From NCBI GenBank assembly GCA_040752075.1, contig JBFMFQ010000002.1:1-56871 (forward strand): DNA of 56,871 bases. Direction: 5' to 3'. Both the position numbers and the translations under genes were made by a program. Below the pieces are notes generated by a model. That model worked only from the letters and a program-made list of their open reading frames with translations. It did not search any database and had not been told where the DNA came from. Source of the stretch: Candidatus Zixiibacteriota bacterium. Lineage in GTDB: Bacteria > Zixibacteria > MSB-5A5 > WJJR01. Shown here piece after piece: positions 1-8,537 of the stretch (position 1 is the stretch's first letter; every line of letters starts with the position of its first letter).

Positions 1-3
1 CTC

Positions 4-51
4 CTCGCAATGACTTGGACTTGCTCGTCATTGCGAGCGAAGCGAAGCAAT
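4..51. repeat. REP-like palindromic element at the window edge, possibly truncated
   Basis: An 11-bp perfect inverted repeat, CTCGCAATGAC (4-14) and GTCATTGCGAG (27-37), is followed by ATTGC (30-34) and GCAAT (47-51). The GTCATTGCGAGCGAAGCGAAGCAATCC string is of the type seen as short dispersed palindromes in many bacterial genomes. Confidence 0.45.
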
Positions 52-315
52 CCCGACCCAGGCCGATAAACGCTCAGTCAGCGAGCCACTTCAAGAGGCA
101 CCAAGGTCCGGGCACACGGCCCCTGTGCCACTCGCTCTGGCAGTCTGATCATGCGGTCACCATGGGTGGTCGGTGGTGGGTTCACGCACCCACCCCGCTG
201 TCAATTTGTCGCCTTTCTGACAATTCGAACACCCCCTCTCCCCCCTCTCGATGGTTGACCCGCCGCCCTGTACGCCCTTACTCTGTCTCGGGCATATGAC
301 ACCAAACGGGAGACA

Positions 316-1299
316 ATGATGGCCAGCGGCGTGTGGATCTTCGCAAATCAGAAGAAGGGGCAGATTTCCTCTTCGGCATTCGAACTTCTGAACATCGGGC
401 GCAAACTGGCCGACCAGCTCGGCCAGCCATTGACCGCCGTTCTCTTTGGACACAACGTCAAGGACGCCGCCGCGCAGTTGACCGCGCATGGCGCCGACCG
501 TGCGATTGTCGCCGACGACCCGGCGCTCGGAGAGTTCGTTGACGATTTGTACGCCGATTTGCTGGTTGGTTGGTTGAAGAAAGATCAGCCCGAAGTTGTG
601 CTCGGCAGCGCGGGATTCTACGGCAAGGCGCTCTTCCCGCGTGTCGCGGCGATGCTCGATGCCGGGATTGTCGCCGATGCGGCATCGGTGGCGGTGAAGG
701 ATGGAAAGATCGTGGTGACCAAGGCCACCTATGGCGGCAAGGGTTTCAGCGATTACACCTTCGGCCCGCAACGTCCCATGGTCATCACCATGCGTCCCAA
801 GTCCACCGAGGAAGCCCCCGACCAGGGCAAGACAGGCGAGATCGAGACCCGTGCGCTGGCCGGCGTATCCGCCAAAGCGCAGGTGACCGAATCGGTCGCC
901 ACCGGCGCAGGGCAGGTGAACCTCAACGAAGCCGACATCATCGTTTCCGGCGGTCGCGGCCTGAAAGGCCCGGAGAATTACAAACTGGTCGAGGAACTCG
1001 CGGCCGCTCTCGGCGCGGCGGCGGGAGCCTCGCGCGCGATTGTCGATGCCGGCTGGGTCCCCTACGAAAAGCAGGTGGGCCAGACCGGCAAAACAGTCAA
1101 CCCGAAGCTCTACGTAGCCTGCGGCATCTCCGGCGCGATCCAGCACCTGGTCGGCATGCAGTCCTCCCGCGTGATCGTCGCGATCAACAAAGACCCCGAC
1201 GCCCCGATCTTCAAAGTCGCGACTTACGGGATCGTGGGGGATGTTTTTGAGTATTTGCCGGCGATTACGAAGGTGGTTAGGGAGAGGTTGGGGGGGTGA
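316..1299 (+). CDS. etfA: Electron transfer flavoprotein alpha subunit (EtfA/FixB)
   Basis: 327-aa ORF with the canonical ETF-alpha C-terminal FAD-binding region ([40 protein letters not shown]...[29 protein letters not shown]...[14 protein letters not shown]). GGGAGA lies just upstream of the double ATG. Confidence 0.95.
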   Translation: MMASGVWIFANQKKGQISSSAFELLNIGRKLADQLGQPLTAVLFGHNVKDAAAQLTAHGADRAIVADDPALGEFVDDLYADLLVGWLKKDQPEVVLGSAGFYGKALFPRVAAMLDAGIVADAASVAVKDGKIVVTKATYGGKGFSDYTFGPQRPMVITMRPKSTEEAPDQGKTGEIETRALAGVSAKAQVTESVATGAGQVNLNEADIIVSGGRGLKGPENYKLVEELAAALGAAAGASRAIVDAGWVPYEKQVGQTGKTVNPKLYVACGISGAIQHLVGMQSSRVIVAINKDPDAPIFKVATYGIVGDVFEYLPAITKVVRERLGG

Positions 1300-1324
1300 G
1301 GCCTCCCGAGGCTCCACCTGACAA

Positions 1325-4300
1325 CTACTGACATCCATCGCAGGGCCCAGCGCCCCCGAAGAAGACATGGTCGATCAAAAACGCCAAGTCAACCGCATCG
1401 GTGAGTTCATTACAATCAAAATCCGCTCGAGTTGTGGGGCACGATTGGTCCTGCACATCGGGCTGTCCGAAGAAGACTATGTCAATAACAATTGCCAAGT
1501 CGACCGCATCAACTGAACTGCTCTGATCCAAATCAGCGGCGGATGCGCAATCACACGCTCTTGTGTTTACGGCATAGACGTGTGAATACGGGCCCCATTC
1601 ACCGCCGTCCTTGGAACGAGTCCGCCAGTAGTACAAGGAATCGTTCACCAGGGGCGCTGGGAGGGAGAACATTGGCTGAGTCAGAGTGGTGTCAACGATC
1701 TCGGGATTGGCAAAGTCCCAGTAGTCGTCCAATTCGAATGAATACTGGACAGCCCGCTTGCTTGAAGGGATAGTCTGACTCCAGTCAAAGGTCGGCTGCA
1801 GACTCGAAGAAAACCCTCCTGTCTCAGGAATGACATCCAGATTCTCACCAAATGGGAACGCGAAATGGAATGTATCACCAGCCGCTGGCAATGCCGCGTT
1901 GCGCGCAAACACTCGCTCTTGGTGTCCATTGATTCCGATTGCGAAAGTGTAATGTTGGGCCCCTGTGGCATTTGGTGTCCGCCAAATGGCGATGTCATAG
2001 ACGCCATCCTGCAGGTTCAGATCGTTGATTTGCTGGTCCAACACGGCATTGGAGTCCGCATCACGGATCCCAACTCTTGCGCCTGGGATGGCTGTTCCGA
2101 GCTCACTGGAGGCGAGCCCCTGGGGGTTCGTCACCCGCGCACGGACGTCATTGAGGCATAGACTCACCATCTGACTGTCACGCAAGGCAAGCGGTGCGGC
2201 CGAGTTCAGAAATACGGCCGTGGAACCACCGGCGTCCCCAACAGCGAAGTCCCAGCGACCATCCTCCCGGAAGTCCCCCGCCGTGAGGGAAACCGCCCCG
2301 GTGGGGGATGTCACCAGAGATGCGGTATGACTAAAGGTTCCCGTCCCATCTCCTGAGATAATGTAAATCCGGTCAGCGCTCGAGCTGCCGACCGCGATGT
2401 CAAGATTGCCGTCGTAATTGTAATCCAGTACGTACGCAGGGTAGCATGTTCCCCCAACCGGACGGACGAGATGCCCAGCGATGCCACCGTTCCCGTTACC
2501 AAAGAGGATGTGTAAATCCGAATCCTGTCCTCCTGCACGCGGTTGGGTTAGAATGAAGTCGGCAAGCCCATCCTTGTTGAAGTCCATGAAATTACCCGCT
2601 GTCGATACTTGAATGTTGTAACTCGCGCCGCTCAGGGCCTCGACATGAGAGAGCACGAAACCGCCGGCTCCATCCCCGAGAAGCATCTGGACTTGATTGC
2701 CCACGAAAATAGCGTCCACGTTTCCATCGTCGTTTAGGTCGGTGAGGCCCGTGATGTGAAAACTTCCGGATGCAATCGTCCCCCACGACGTGAAACTTCC
2801 ATTCCCTGTTCCGAGGTAGAGCTTCCCACCCAGTTCGGTGCCGATGAGCAGGTCGAGATATGCATCTCCATTGATGTGTCCGGCGGCGATCCCGGGGAGA
2901 ATTCCAAATGAACCGAAGGTGACAATCGCTGGTCCGAATGTTCGGTCACCATTACTCAGGTTTACCCGGATTTCGCTGTCTTCAACCCCGACTAGGTCCG
3001 GGAACTCGTCTGCATTTACAAATCCCGTGGTCAGTGCGGAGGATCCCAGATTGTCGGGAGCCAAGTACAGCGGGGGCGTGAACCCACCCTCCCCATCCCC
3101 AAAGTACACCGCTTGCCTAAGGTTTAGAATGCCAGTCAGCGCAATGTCGAGGTTTTCGTCCCCGTCGAAATCGTCGCGAAGAATGCTGTAGACGACTGTC
3201 TCATCATCCGTCGGTAACGGCGATTCAATCAGGCTCGAGTCCTCGATCAACGTGTCCACTGAGACAATGCCCTTGACGAAGTTAGGGGCAACGGGCGTCC
3301 CCGCGCCGCATTCAGCTAGTTCAAGTTCACTCGCGGGCGAGAAAAAGGCAGTGTCGATTTCGAAGGTCCCGGCATTGCTTCCAACATCGAACCTAAGGGT
3401 GATCATCGATTGCAGTGGCCCGCTTGCGAGGCAGAATCCGCTGCCCTTTGACGCGGATAACAAGAATGGGTCAGGCGTGACTCCATCGACCATCGATTCG
3501 TCGAACGTCCTCTGGTCGGTCAAGGAATTGGAGAGACGACCGTACCACGGCAATGTGTCAAGTGACGATACCACGTTGGCCCAGAATGCACCGCCTGAAA
3601 CGGACCGGGCAACCAGCGGCAAAACGAAGCCCTCAAGGTCTACATCATTGGCGATCGAGATTGCAACGGTGACATTTTCCTCATTGGTGAGCGCGTAGCG
3701 GGATTCGATGGCAACGAGTGCCTGGGGCGCTGCACCACCGATTTGGATGACTCCAGGTGTGAACGATGGCTGAAGGCCAATCGTGGAACAGTCAACAAAT
3801 CTAAGATGATTCGCGGGCGTGACGCAGCAGGTATCAATCTCGAATGTTCCCTCCTGCGCAGTGACATTGAACGTGAATAGGAAAGACGGGGTGCCGACGC
3901 CAGGTATGCCATCTGAGCCGGTCGCCAGACAGGGCGAGGAAAACCTTACTCCCGCCCAGAACACTGCATCCGGGCTCACAAAATCTGCTGGATTATTCGT
4001 CGAGTACGTTCGCGACGTTGGTCCGCTACAGCTGTTCGTCCCTGACGGGATGCCCAGAACTCGGGAAGTAGGGAGGTCCATCAAACCGCTTGCTGCTACA
4101 CGCCCCTGCACTACGAAATTGAATGCGCCCGCTGTAAATGAGCCGGGCGTGACTTCTCGGATCTCAAGGGGAAGTGTTAGTCCACCAAGCGACACGTCGT
4201 TCGCGATGTAAACCCCGACCTGAACACCCGTGGCACCGGGATCGACTGCTTTCGATTCCACCACGACCGAATTGGCCGCATGGGCTGAACTTTGGATTGC

Positions 4301-4342
4301 AAAGAGGAATAAGTAGCCGACAACCAGAGCTTGCAGCCGCAT
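1325..4342 (-). CDS. Giant secreted protein: 2 cohesin-like modules, a 7-repeat FG-GAP/VCBS beta-propeller, an FN3-like module and a dockerin-like C-terminus
   Basis: - Start chosen at MRLQALVVGYLFLFAIQSSAHA (signal peptide) with GGAGG 7 nt upstream. The ORF track start is 4360.
- Two ~190-aa modules each end in GTFEIDT, with a cohesin-like pattern (VQVGVYIANDVSLGGLTLPLEI; VTVAISIANDVDLEGFVLPLVA).
- Seven Ca-binding FG-GAP motifs (FDGDENLDIA, LNDDGNVDAI, FNKDGLADFI, YNYDGNLDIA, and others).
- C-terminal duplicated dockerin-like segment (SVDAVDLAIVIDIVFFG ... LTDAVDLAFLIDHVFFG). Confidence 0.8.
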   Translation of the reverse strand: MRLQALVVGYLFLFAIQSSAHAANSVVVESKAVDPGATGVQVGVYIANDVSLGGLTLPLEIREVTPGSFTAGAFNFVVQGRVAASGLMDLPTSRVLGIPSGTNSCSGPTSRTYSTNNPADFVSPDAVFWAGVRFSSPCLATGSDGIPGVGTPSFLFTFNVTAQEGTFEIDTCCVTPANHLRFVDCSTIGLQPSFTPGVIQIGGAAPQALVAIESRYALTNEENVTVAISIANDVDLEGFVLPLVARSVSGGAFWANVVSSLDTLPWYGRLSNSLTDQRTFDESMVDGVTPDPFLLSASKGSGFCLASGPLQSMITLRFDVGSNAGTFEIDTAFFSPASELELAECGAGTPVAPNFVKGIVSVDTLIEDSSLIESPLPTDDETVVYSILRDDFDGDENLDIALTGILNLRQAVYFGDGEGGFTPPLYLAPDNLGSSALTTGFVNADEFPDLVGVEDSEIRVNLSNGDRTFGPAIVTFGSFGILPGIAAGHINGDAYLDLLIGTELGGKLYLGTGNGSFTSWGTIASGSFHITGLTDLNDDGNVDAIFVGNQVQMLLGDGAGGFVLSHVEALSGASYNIQVSTAGNFMDFNKDGLADFILTQPRAGGQDSDLHILFGNGNGGIAGHLVRPVGGTCYPAYVLDYNYDGNLDIAVGSSSADRIYIISGDGTGTFSHTASLVTSPTGAVSLTAGDFREDGRWDFAVGDAGGSTAVFLNSAAPLALRDSQMVSLCLNDVRARVTNPQGLASSELGTAIPGARVGIRDADSNAVLDQQINDLNLQDGVYDIAIWRTPNATGAQHYTFAIGINGHQERVFARNAALPAAGDTFHFAFPFGENLDVIPETGGFSSSLQPTFDWSQTIPSSKRAVQYSFELDDYWDFANPEIVDTTLTQPMFSLPAPLVNDSLYYWRTRSKDGGEWGPYSHVYAVNTRACDCASAADLDQSSSVDAVDLAIVIDIVFFGQPDVQDQSCPTTRADFDCNELTDAVDLAFLIDHVFFGGAGPCDGCQ

Positions 4343-4442
4343 TTTCCACCTCCGGACCAACGCTCACAACCTTGAGACGGCGCAACGTAAACGGGGAGAG
4401 GACTCTCGGAAATCGCTAGCAAACCAGAAACCTAGCAGTGGA

Positions 4443-4471
4443 TTGATACATTGCAGACTTCAATTTGTCAA
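4443..4471 (-). promoter_or_regulatory. Sigma70-type promoter for the 1325-4342 gene
   Basis: On the minus strand: TTGACA (4466-4471), a 17-nt spacer, then TATCAA (4443-4448). It lies about 100 nt upstream of the start codon in the 212-bp gap between the two giant genes. Confidence 0.45.
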
Positions 4472-4572
4472 GCTGTTACGCACGGTGCCAGAGAACCATT
4501 GCCCCACTGGGACTCCCCTTCTCACCTACACCCACGCGACTCAAACTCTGCCACCAATTGTATTGGCGATTG

Positions 4573-7500
4573 TCAGTCACAAGGGGGGTGCCCTGCGAAA
4601 TAGACGTAATCGATGAGAATTGCCAAGTCGACCGCGTTGACCAATCCGTCACAGTCCACGTCCGACAACTCCTCGACGTTCGGCACTCCTCCTCCAAAGA
4701 AGACAATGCTGACGAGGGTCATGATATCCTCCAACTGGATGACATCGTCGCCGGTCAGTTCACCTCGAGTCGGCGGGGCCAAATGGTAGGTTGCGCTCAC
4801 ATCTGACGAGGGCATTCGTCCGCTGACGGAAACGAATTCAATGGTCTGGTAGACCTCTGCGTGACCGTCGATACCGATTCCGGTCAGGTACTCGCCGGGA
4901 CTGCCAACCAAAGTGTAAATGATGTTGTACAATCCCGTGTCTGGGGAGGTGATCACGACCCGCGCGTCGGGCAAACCGCCACCGTTGTAGTCTGTCAGCG
5001 AGTCATAGGTGGCCCGTGATCCGAAGGTGTTAATTGCTGGCCCGATTGTGTCGACCCGCCCTTGTTCGTCTACCGGACCAACGACCGTCACTTGGACAGC
5101 AGGGCTCAACAACAGCTGATTGTCTGACTTCCCGGAGAGGGGTGGCGCTTCGCTATAAGCGGTGATTCTCAGGGGATCCGGCGTCAGCAACTTGTTCTTG
5201 GCTAGTTCGGATGTGTTGCCCAACGTGTCGGTGGCGGTGGCGGTCACCCTTGACCACTCGGGAAGTACAACTGAATCGACGTAGAACTGTCCGTTGGCAT
5301 CTGCGACGACCCTATCAAGCAGTAAATAGGCGGGCCCGTGGGCGGTCTCTTCGGGTTGCAGCGCAGGATTGCCACGCTTGGCCGCAAGGAACAGCTCAAT
5401 CCGAGAGCCAGGGGCAGCGGTTCCGAACACGGAGAAGGTGTCTCCACTCGCTTGCGATACCGAGTCGAAGACCGGGAAATTGATGAAGCCGTTCGGCCCA
5501 GTATCCCCATCCCCGAAGTCGTTTTCAGTCACCCCATCATCGCCCAAATCGATCCCAGGGCCCTGGTTGCCATAGAACTGGCATGCCGTTATTGTGTTGA
5601 AGAGCGCATTGGCGCCAGATACAGCCACGCCCGCACCCAGATTGCTATAAATCGCCACACCCTCGACAGTGTTGTTGGACGATTCGATCGTTAATCCTGC
5701 TTTCTCGTCCTTTCCATCGCCGCCGATGCGGATTGTGGGAACCCACGGAGGTACGGATCCGGGTGCGGTGAACCCCTGGACAAATGTCCCACCGCACCGA
5801 TCGGACAGGGGCGGCAAGGGCGATGTCAAGGAAATCCCGCCGCTCATTGCGAAAGTAATCGTGTCAGGCCCGGGATGCGCATTGGCAAACGTGATGGCGC
5901 CGCGCAGTGTGCCCTGTCCGCTGTTTGCGTTCGAGGAAACGACGGTCTCGAAAACGGAACCGCAGTTGGAGAGTACTGAGACGCTATTGGTGTTGGAACT
6001 GAGAACTGCAAGCTCGGGTGATCCGTTGCCGTCAAAATCAGCTGCAAGCATGGATGCTGGTGATGCCACGGGGTAGGATACAGGTAAGTCAAATTCACCG
6101 GTGCCTTTGTTCCGAAGGAGATTAACAAGCACAGGATTTCCGCCCAAGATCCCGAGGTCAACATCCCCATCGGAGTCGAAATCGGCCGCCTCGACCGGAC
6201 CAAGCCAGAATCCCAATTCAGTGTTCACGGGAGGCTTGAAAGTCCCAGCACGATTGTTCATGAGAACCGACAAGACATCGGAGCACGTGCACGTGACCAC
6301 TAAGTCAATGTAGCCATCATGATCCAAGTCAGCAGCCGTCACCGAGTTTGCTCCTCCCGACGGATAGGTCCCAGCCGAAACAAATTCCCCATTCCCTGAA
6401 TTTCTCAGAACATCATAGTAATTAGCGCAGCAGCCTGACTCCACGCTGACGATATCCATGTCCCCGTCCCGATCAAGGTCCGCCGCACAGAGGCGCCCTC
6501 TCAATCCGTTGTATTTGGCTAATGGGGCAAATGTGCCATCCCCATTGTTCAGGAGCACTGAGATGCGCCATGACGGGCCAGTACTGACAGCCAGGTCACT
6601 TACACCATCACCGTTAAAGTCCGCAGAGACGAGGAATGCCGGGCTTTCGCCGGCGTAATACTCCATCGGCGGCGAAAATAGTCCTGCGCCGTCGTTGATA
6701 AGAACCGACACAGTCGAGTTCCCATCATTGATCACGGCAAGGTCATTGGCCAAGTCCCCGTTCAGGTCTGCGGCTATGATTGTTTTGGGATTTGGCCCTG
6801 CAGGGAAGCTCACCGGGAGGGCGAATCCACCAAGATCAACATTCAAGAGGACGGATAAGGTTCCTGCAGCCGAATTCGCCGTTGCAAGATCAGGAAGACA
6901 ATCTCCATTGAGATCGACAGCCGCCGCGGAAGTGGGAGACGCGCCGACAGGGTAACTCGGAATCTCGGGGAATTTCCCATCCCCTGTGTTCTTGAGGATC
7001 GAAACACTTGCATCGTTCAGATTGGCCGTCGCCAGATCGAGGACTCCGTCCCCATTCAAGTCGGCAGCTACGATCGATCTTGGGTTACTTCCCACCCCAT
7101 ACGGGATCGCTTCTGCAAAAGCACCTTGCCCGTCACTCTCCAGGACTAAGACGCTTGGGGGGGTCGGGACGGGCGCTGTCGAGGACCTCGTAACTGCGAG
7201 ATCGAGATCACCATCTTGGTTCAAATCGGCGGCGACGAGGGATGTCAGGGTATGGAAACCGGAGGGCGACAGGGGAATGTAGTCATTAGCAGCAAACGAG
7301 CCGTCTCCGTTGTTCTCTCTGATGGCTACGCCGCTACCAGAGGAGACAGCCAAATCGAGGTCTCCATCACCTGTCAGATCGGCGGCAACCACCGACAGAG
7401 GCAGAGAGCCCGTCGTGTAAACCACCTGCGGAGCGTACGTGCCATCCCCGTAATTCATCAAAACTGATAGGCTGGTGCTCGCCCCATTGACTACTGCAAG

Positions 7501-8178
7501 ATCGGGGTCGCCGTCTCCGTCCAAATCGGCGGCACAGAGGGACAGAGGGTCTTTCCCGACCAGATAGTGCTCGGGTGCCCCAAACTCCCCGGATCCATTG
7601 CCTCGAAGCACTGAGATATTGGAGTCCGCTCGGTTGGAAGTCAGCAGATCGATCGTTCCATCGCCATCCACATCAGTGGCAGTGATAGCACTCGGTCTTG
7701 TTCCGGTGTGGAAGTTCTGAGGCGTGGAAAACGTTGCTGATCCGTTGTTCCTCAGAATTGAGATGTTTGCACTGGCCCAGTTCGCCGCCGCTAGGTCAAT
7801 ATCACCGTCGCCATCAAAGTCGGCAGATGCGATCGCGTAGGGAAGTGAATCCGCGCGGTAGAAACGGGGGGTTGCGAACCCTTCAGTCCCACTATTCAAG
7901 ATGACAGTTATATTGGAGCCGGTGTCATTGTAATTCGCAGTCGCCAAATCCATATCGCCGTCACCGTCCAGATCCGCCGCGATAATGGACCGTGGATTCG
8001 TCCCAGATGGGAGATTCGTAACCCCGCCGAGGCACAGGTCCTGGGCTCCGATTTCGCTCGGAATCTCGGCCACAAGGACCATCACGAATGCGACAATCAG
8101 CGATGCCAATGGATGGAATCGACGGTTTGCCATTCGGACGAGGTTAATCAAGGGACGAAAAGCTCTCAGCAAGTGCAT
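4573..8178 (-). CDS. Giant secreted protein: 14 FG-GAP/VCBS repeats (two 7-bladed propellers), a CSLREA/beta-helix-like region, Ig-like modules and a dockerin-like C-terminus
   Basis: - Fourteen motifs of the type AADLDGDGDxDLA spaced about 60 aa apart.
- GTLRGAITFANAHPGPDTITF (CSLREA-type).
- C-terminal LTGDDVIQLEDIMTLVSIVFFG ... DCDGLVNAVDLAILIDYVYFAG.
- Start chosen at MHLL (8178) because GGGAG lies 6 nt upstream. Alternative starts are 8133 (MANRRF) and 8229 (ORF track).
- Hydrophobic signal segment LASLIVAFVMVLVA. Confidence 0.8.
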   Translation of the reverse strand: MHLLRAFRPLINLVRMANRRFHPLASLIVAFVMVLVAEIPSEIGAQDLCLGGVTNLPSGTNPRSIIAADLDGDGDMDLATANYNDTGSNITVILNSGTEGFATPRFYRADSLPYAIASADFDGDGDIDLAAANWASANISILRNNGSATFSTPQNFHTGTRPSAITATDVDGDGTIDLLTSNRADSNISVLRGNGSGEFGAPEHYLVGKDPLSLCAADLDGDGDPDLAVVNGASTSLSVLMNYGDGTYAPQVVYTTGSLPLSVVAADLTGDGDLDLAVSSGSGVAIRENNGDGSFAANDYIPLSPSGFHTLTSLVAADLNQDGDLDLAVTRSSTAPVPTPPSVLVLESDGQGAFAEAIPYGVGSNPRSIVAADLNGDGVLDLATANLNDASVSILKNTGDGKFPEIPSYPVGASPTSAAAVDLNGDCLPDLATANSAAGTLSVLLNVDLGGFALPVSFPAGPNPKTIIAADLNGDLANDLAVINDGNSTVSVLINDGAGLFSPPMEYYAGESPAFLVSADFNGDGVSDLAVSTGPSWRISVLLNNGDGTFAPLAKYNGLRGRLCAADLDRDGDMDIVSVESGCCANYYDVLRNSGNGEFVSAGTYPSGGANSVTAADLDHDGYIDLVVTCTCSDVLSVLMNNRAGTFKPPVNTELGFWLGPVEAADFDSDGDVDLGILGGNPVLVNLLRNKGTGEFDLPVSYPVASPASMLAADFDGNGSPELAVLSSNTNSVSVLSNCGSVFETVVSSNANSGQGTLRGAITFANAHPGPDTITFAMSGGISLTSPLPPLSDRCGGTFVQGFTAPGSVPPWVPTIRIGGDGKDEKAGLTIESSNNTVEGVAIYSNLGAGVAVSGANALFNTITACQFYGNQGPGIDLGDDGVTENDFGDGDTGPNGFINFPVFDSVSQASGDTFSVFGTAAPGSRIELFLAAKRGNPALQPEETAHGPAYLLLDRVVADANGQFYVDSVVLPEWSRVTATATDTLGNTSELAKNKLLTPDPLRITAYSEAPPLSGKSDNQLLLSPAVQVTVVGPVDEQGRVDTIGPAINTFGSRATYDSLTDYNGGGLPDARVVITSPDTGLYNIIYTLVGSPGEYLTGIGIDGHAEVYQTIEFVSVSGRMPSSDVSATYHLAPPTRGELTGDDVIQLEDIMTLVSIVFFGGGVPNVEELSDVDCDGLVNAVDLAILIDYVYFAGHPPCD

Positions 8179-8324
8179 GCAGGGCTCCCTACCATACCGC
8201 TTGCGCTTACTTGCACGCGCGGTCCGCACCCAACACTTGGGTTATCGAATCTGAAGATCGATTGGACTGTTCTGTGTGGCTACGGAACAGCACTCTCCTC
8301 GGGTGAAACGGGCAACGACATAGC

Positions 8325-8354
8325 ACAATATGGCAGGAATGCAAGTCTTGTCAA
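8325..8354 (-). promoter_or_regulatory. Sigma70-type promoter for the 4573-8178 gene
   Basis: On the minus strand: TTGACA (8349-8354), an 18-nt spacer, then TATTGT (8325-8330). It sits in the divergent intergenic region shared with the kinase gene. Confidence 0.4.
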
Positions 8355-8468
8355 GAACGCAGGCCCGGCGCCCACCGTCCGCAGGTAATGGCGACCCTCC
8401 GACGACCTGTAAACCGGCCTGCCTGCCGTAAGGAATGTGGAGGCGGGTCACGTGAAGATCGTTTACAT

Positions 8469-8497
8469 TTGGAAAGCTGAGAGGTCGGTCTTACAAC
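8469..8497 (+). promoter_or_regulatory. Possible promoter of the kinase gene
   Basis: TTGGAA (8469-8474), a 17-nt spacer, then TACAAC (8492-8497), 40 nt upstream of ATG 8538. The match is weak. Confidence 0.25.
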
Positions 8498-8537
8498 TTG
8501 ATGGCCACCACAGGATCACTCTCGCGCGCCGAAGCCT

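Noticed and set aside
157-1368. 403-aa minus-strand ORF covering etfA
   Set aside because: etfA on the plus strand is unambiguous. The antisense product has no motif and has the usual high-GC shadow-ORF composition.
1325-8229. Dockerin-like tails as evidence of a clostridial-type cellulosome or a Firmicutes origin
   Set aside because: No glycoside hydrolase or CBM modules are attached. The surrounding genes (T9SS-type CTDs, PorV-like barrels, TonB) indicate a diderm organism. Dockerin-like EF-hand pairs are widespread outside cellulosomes.
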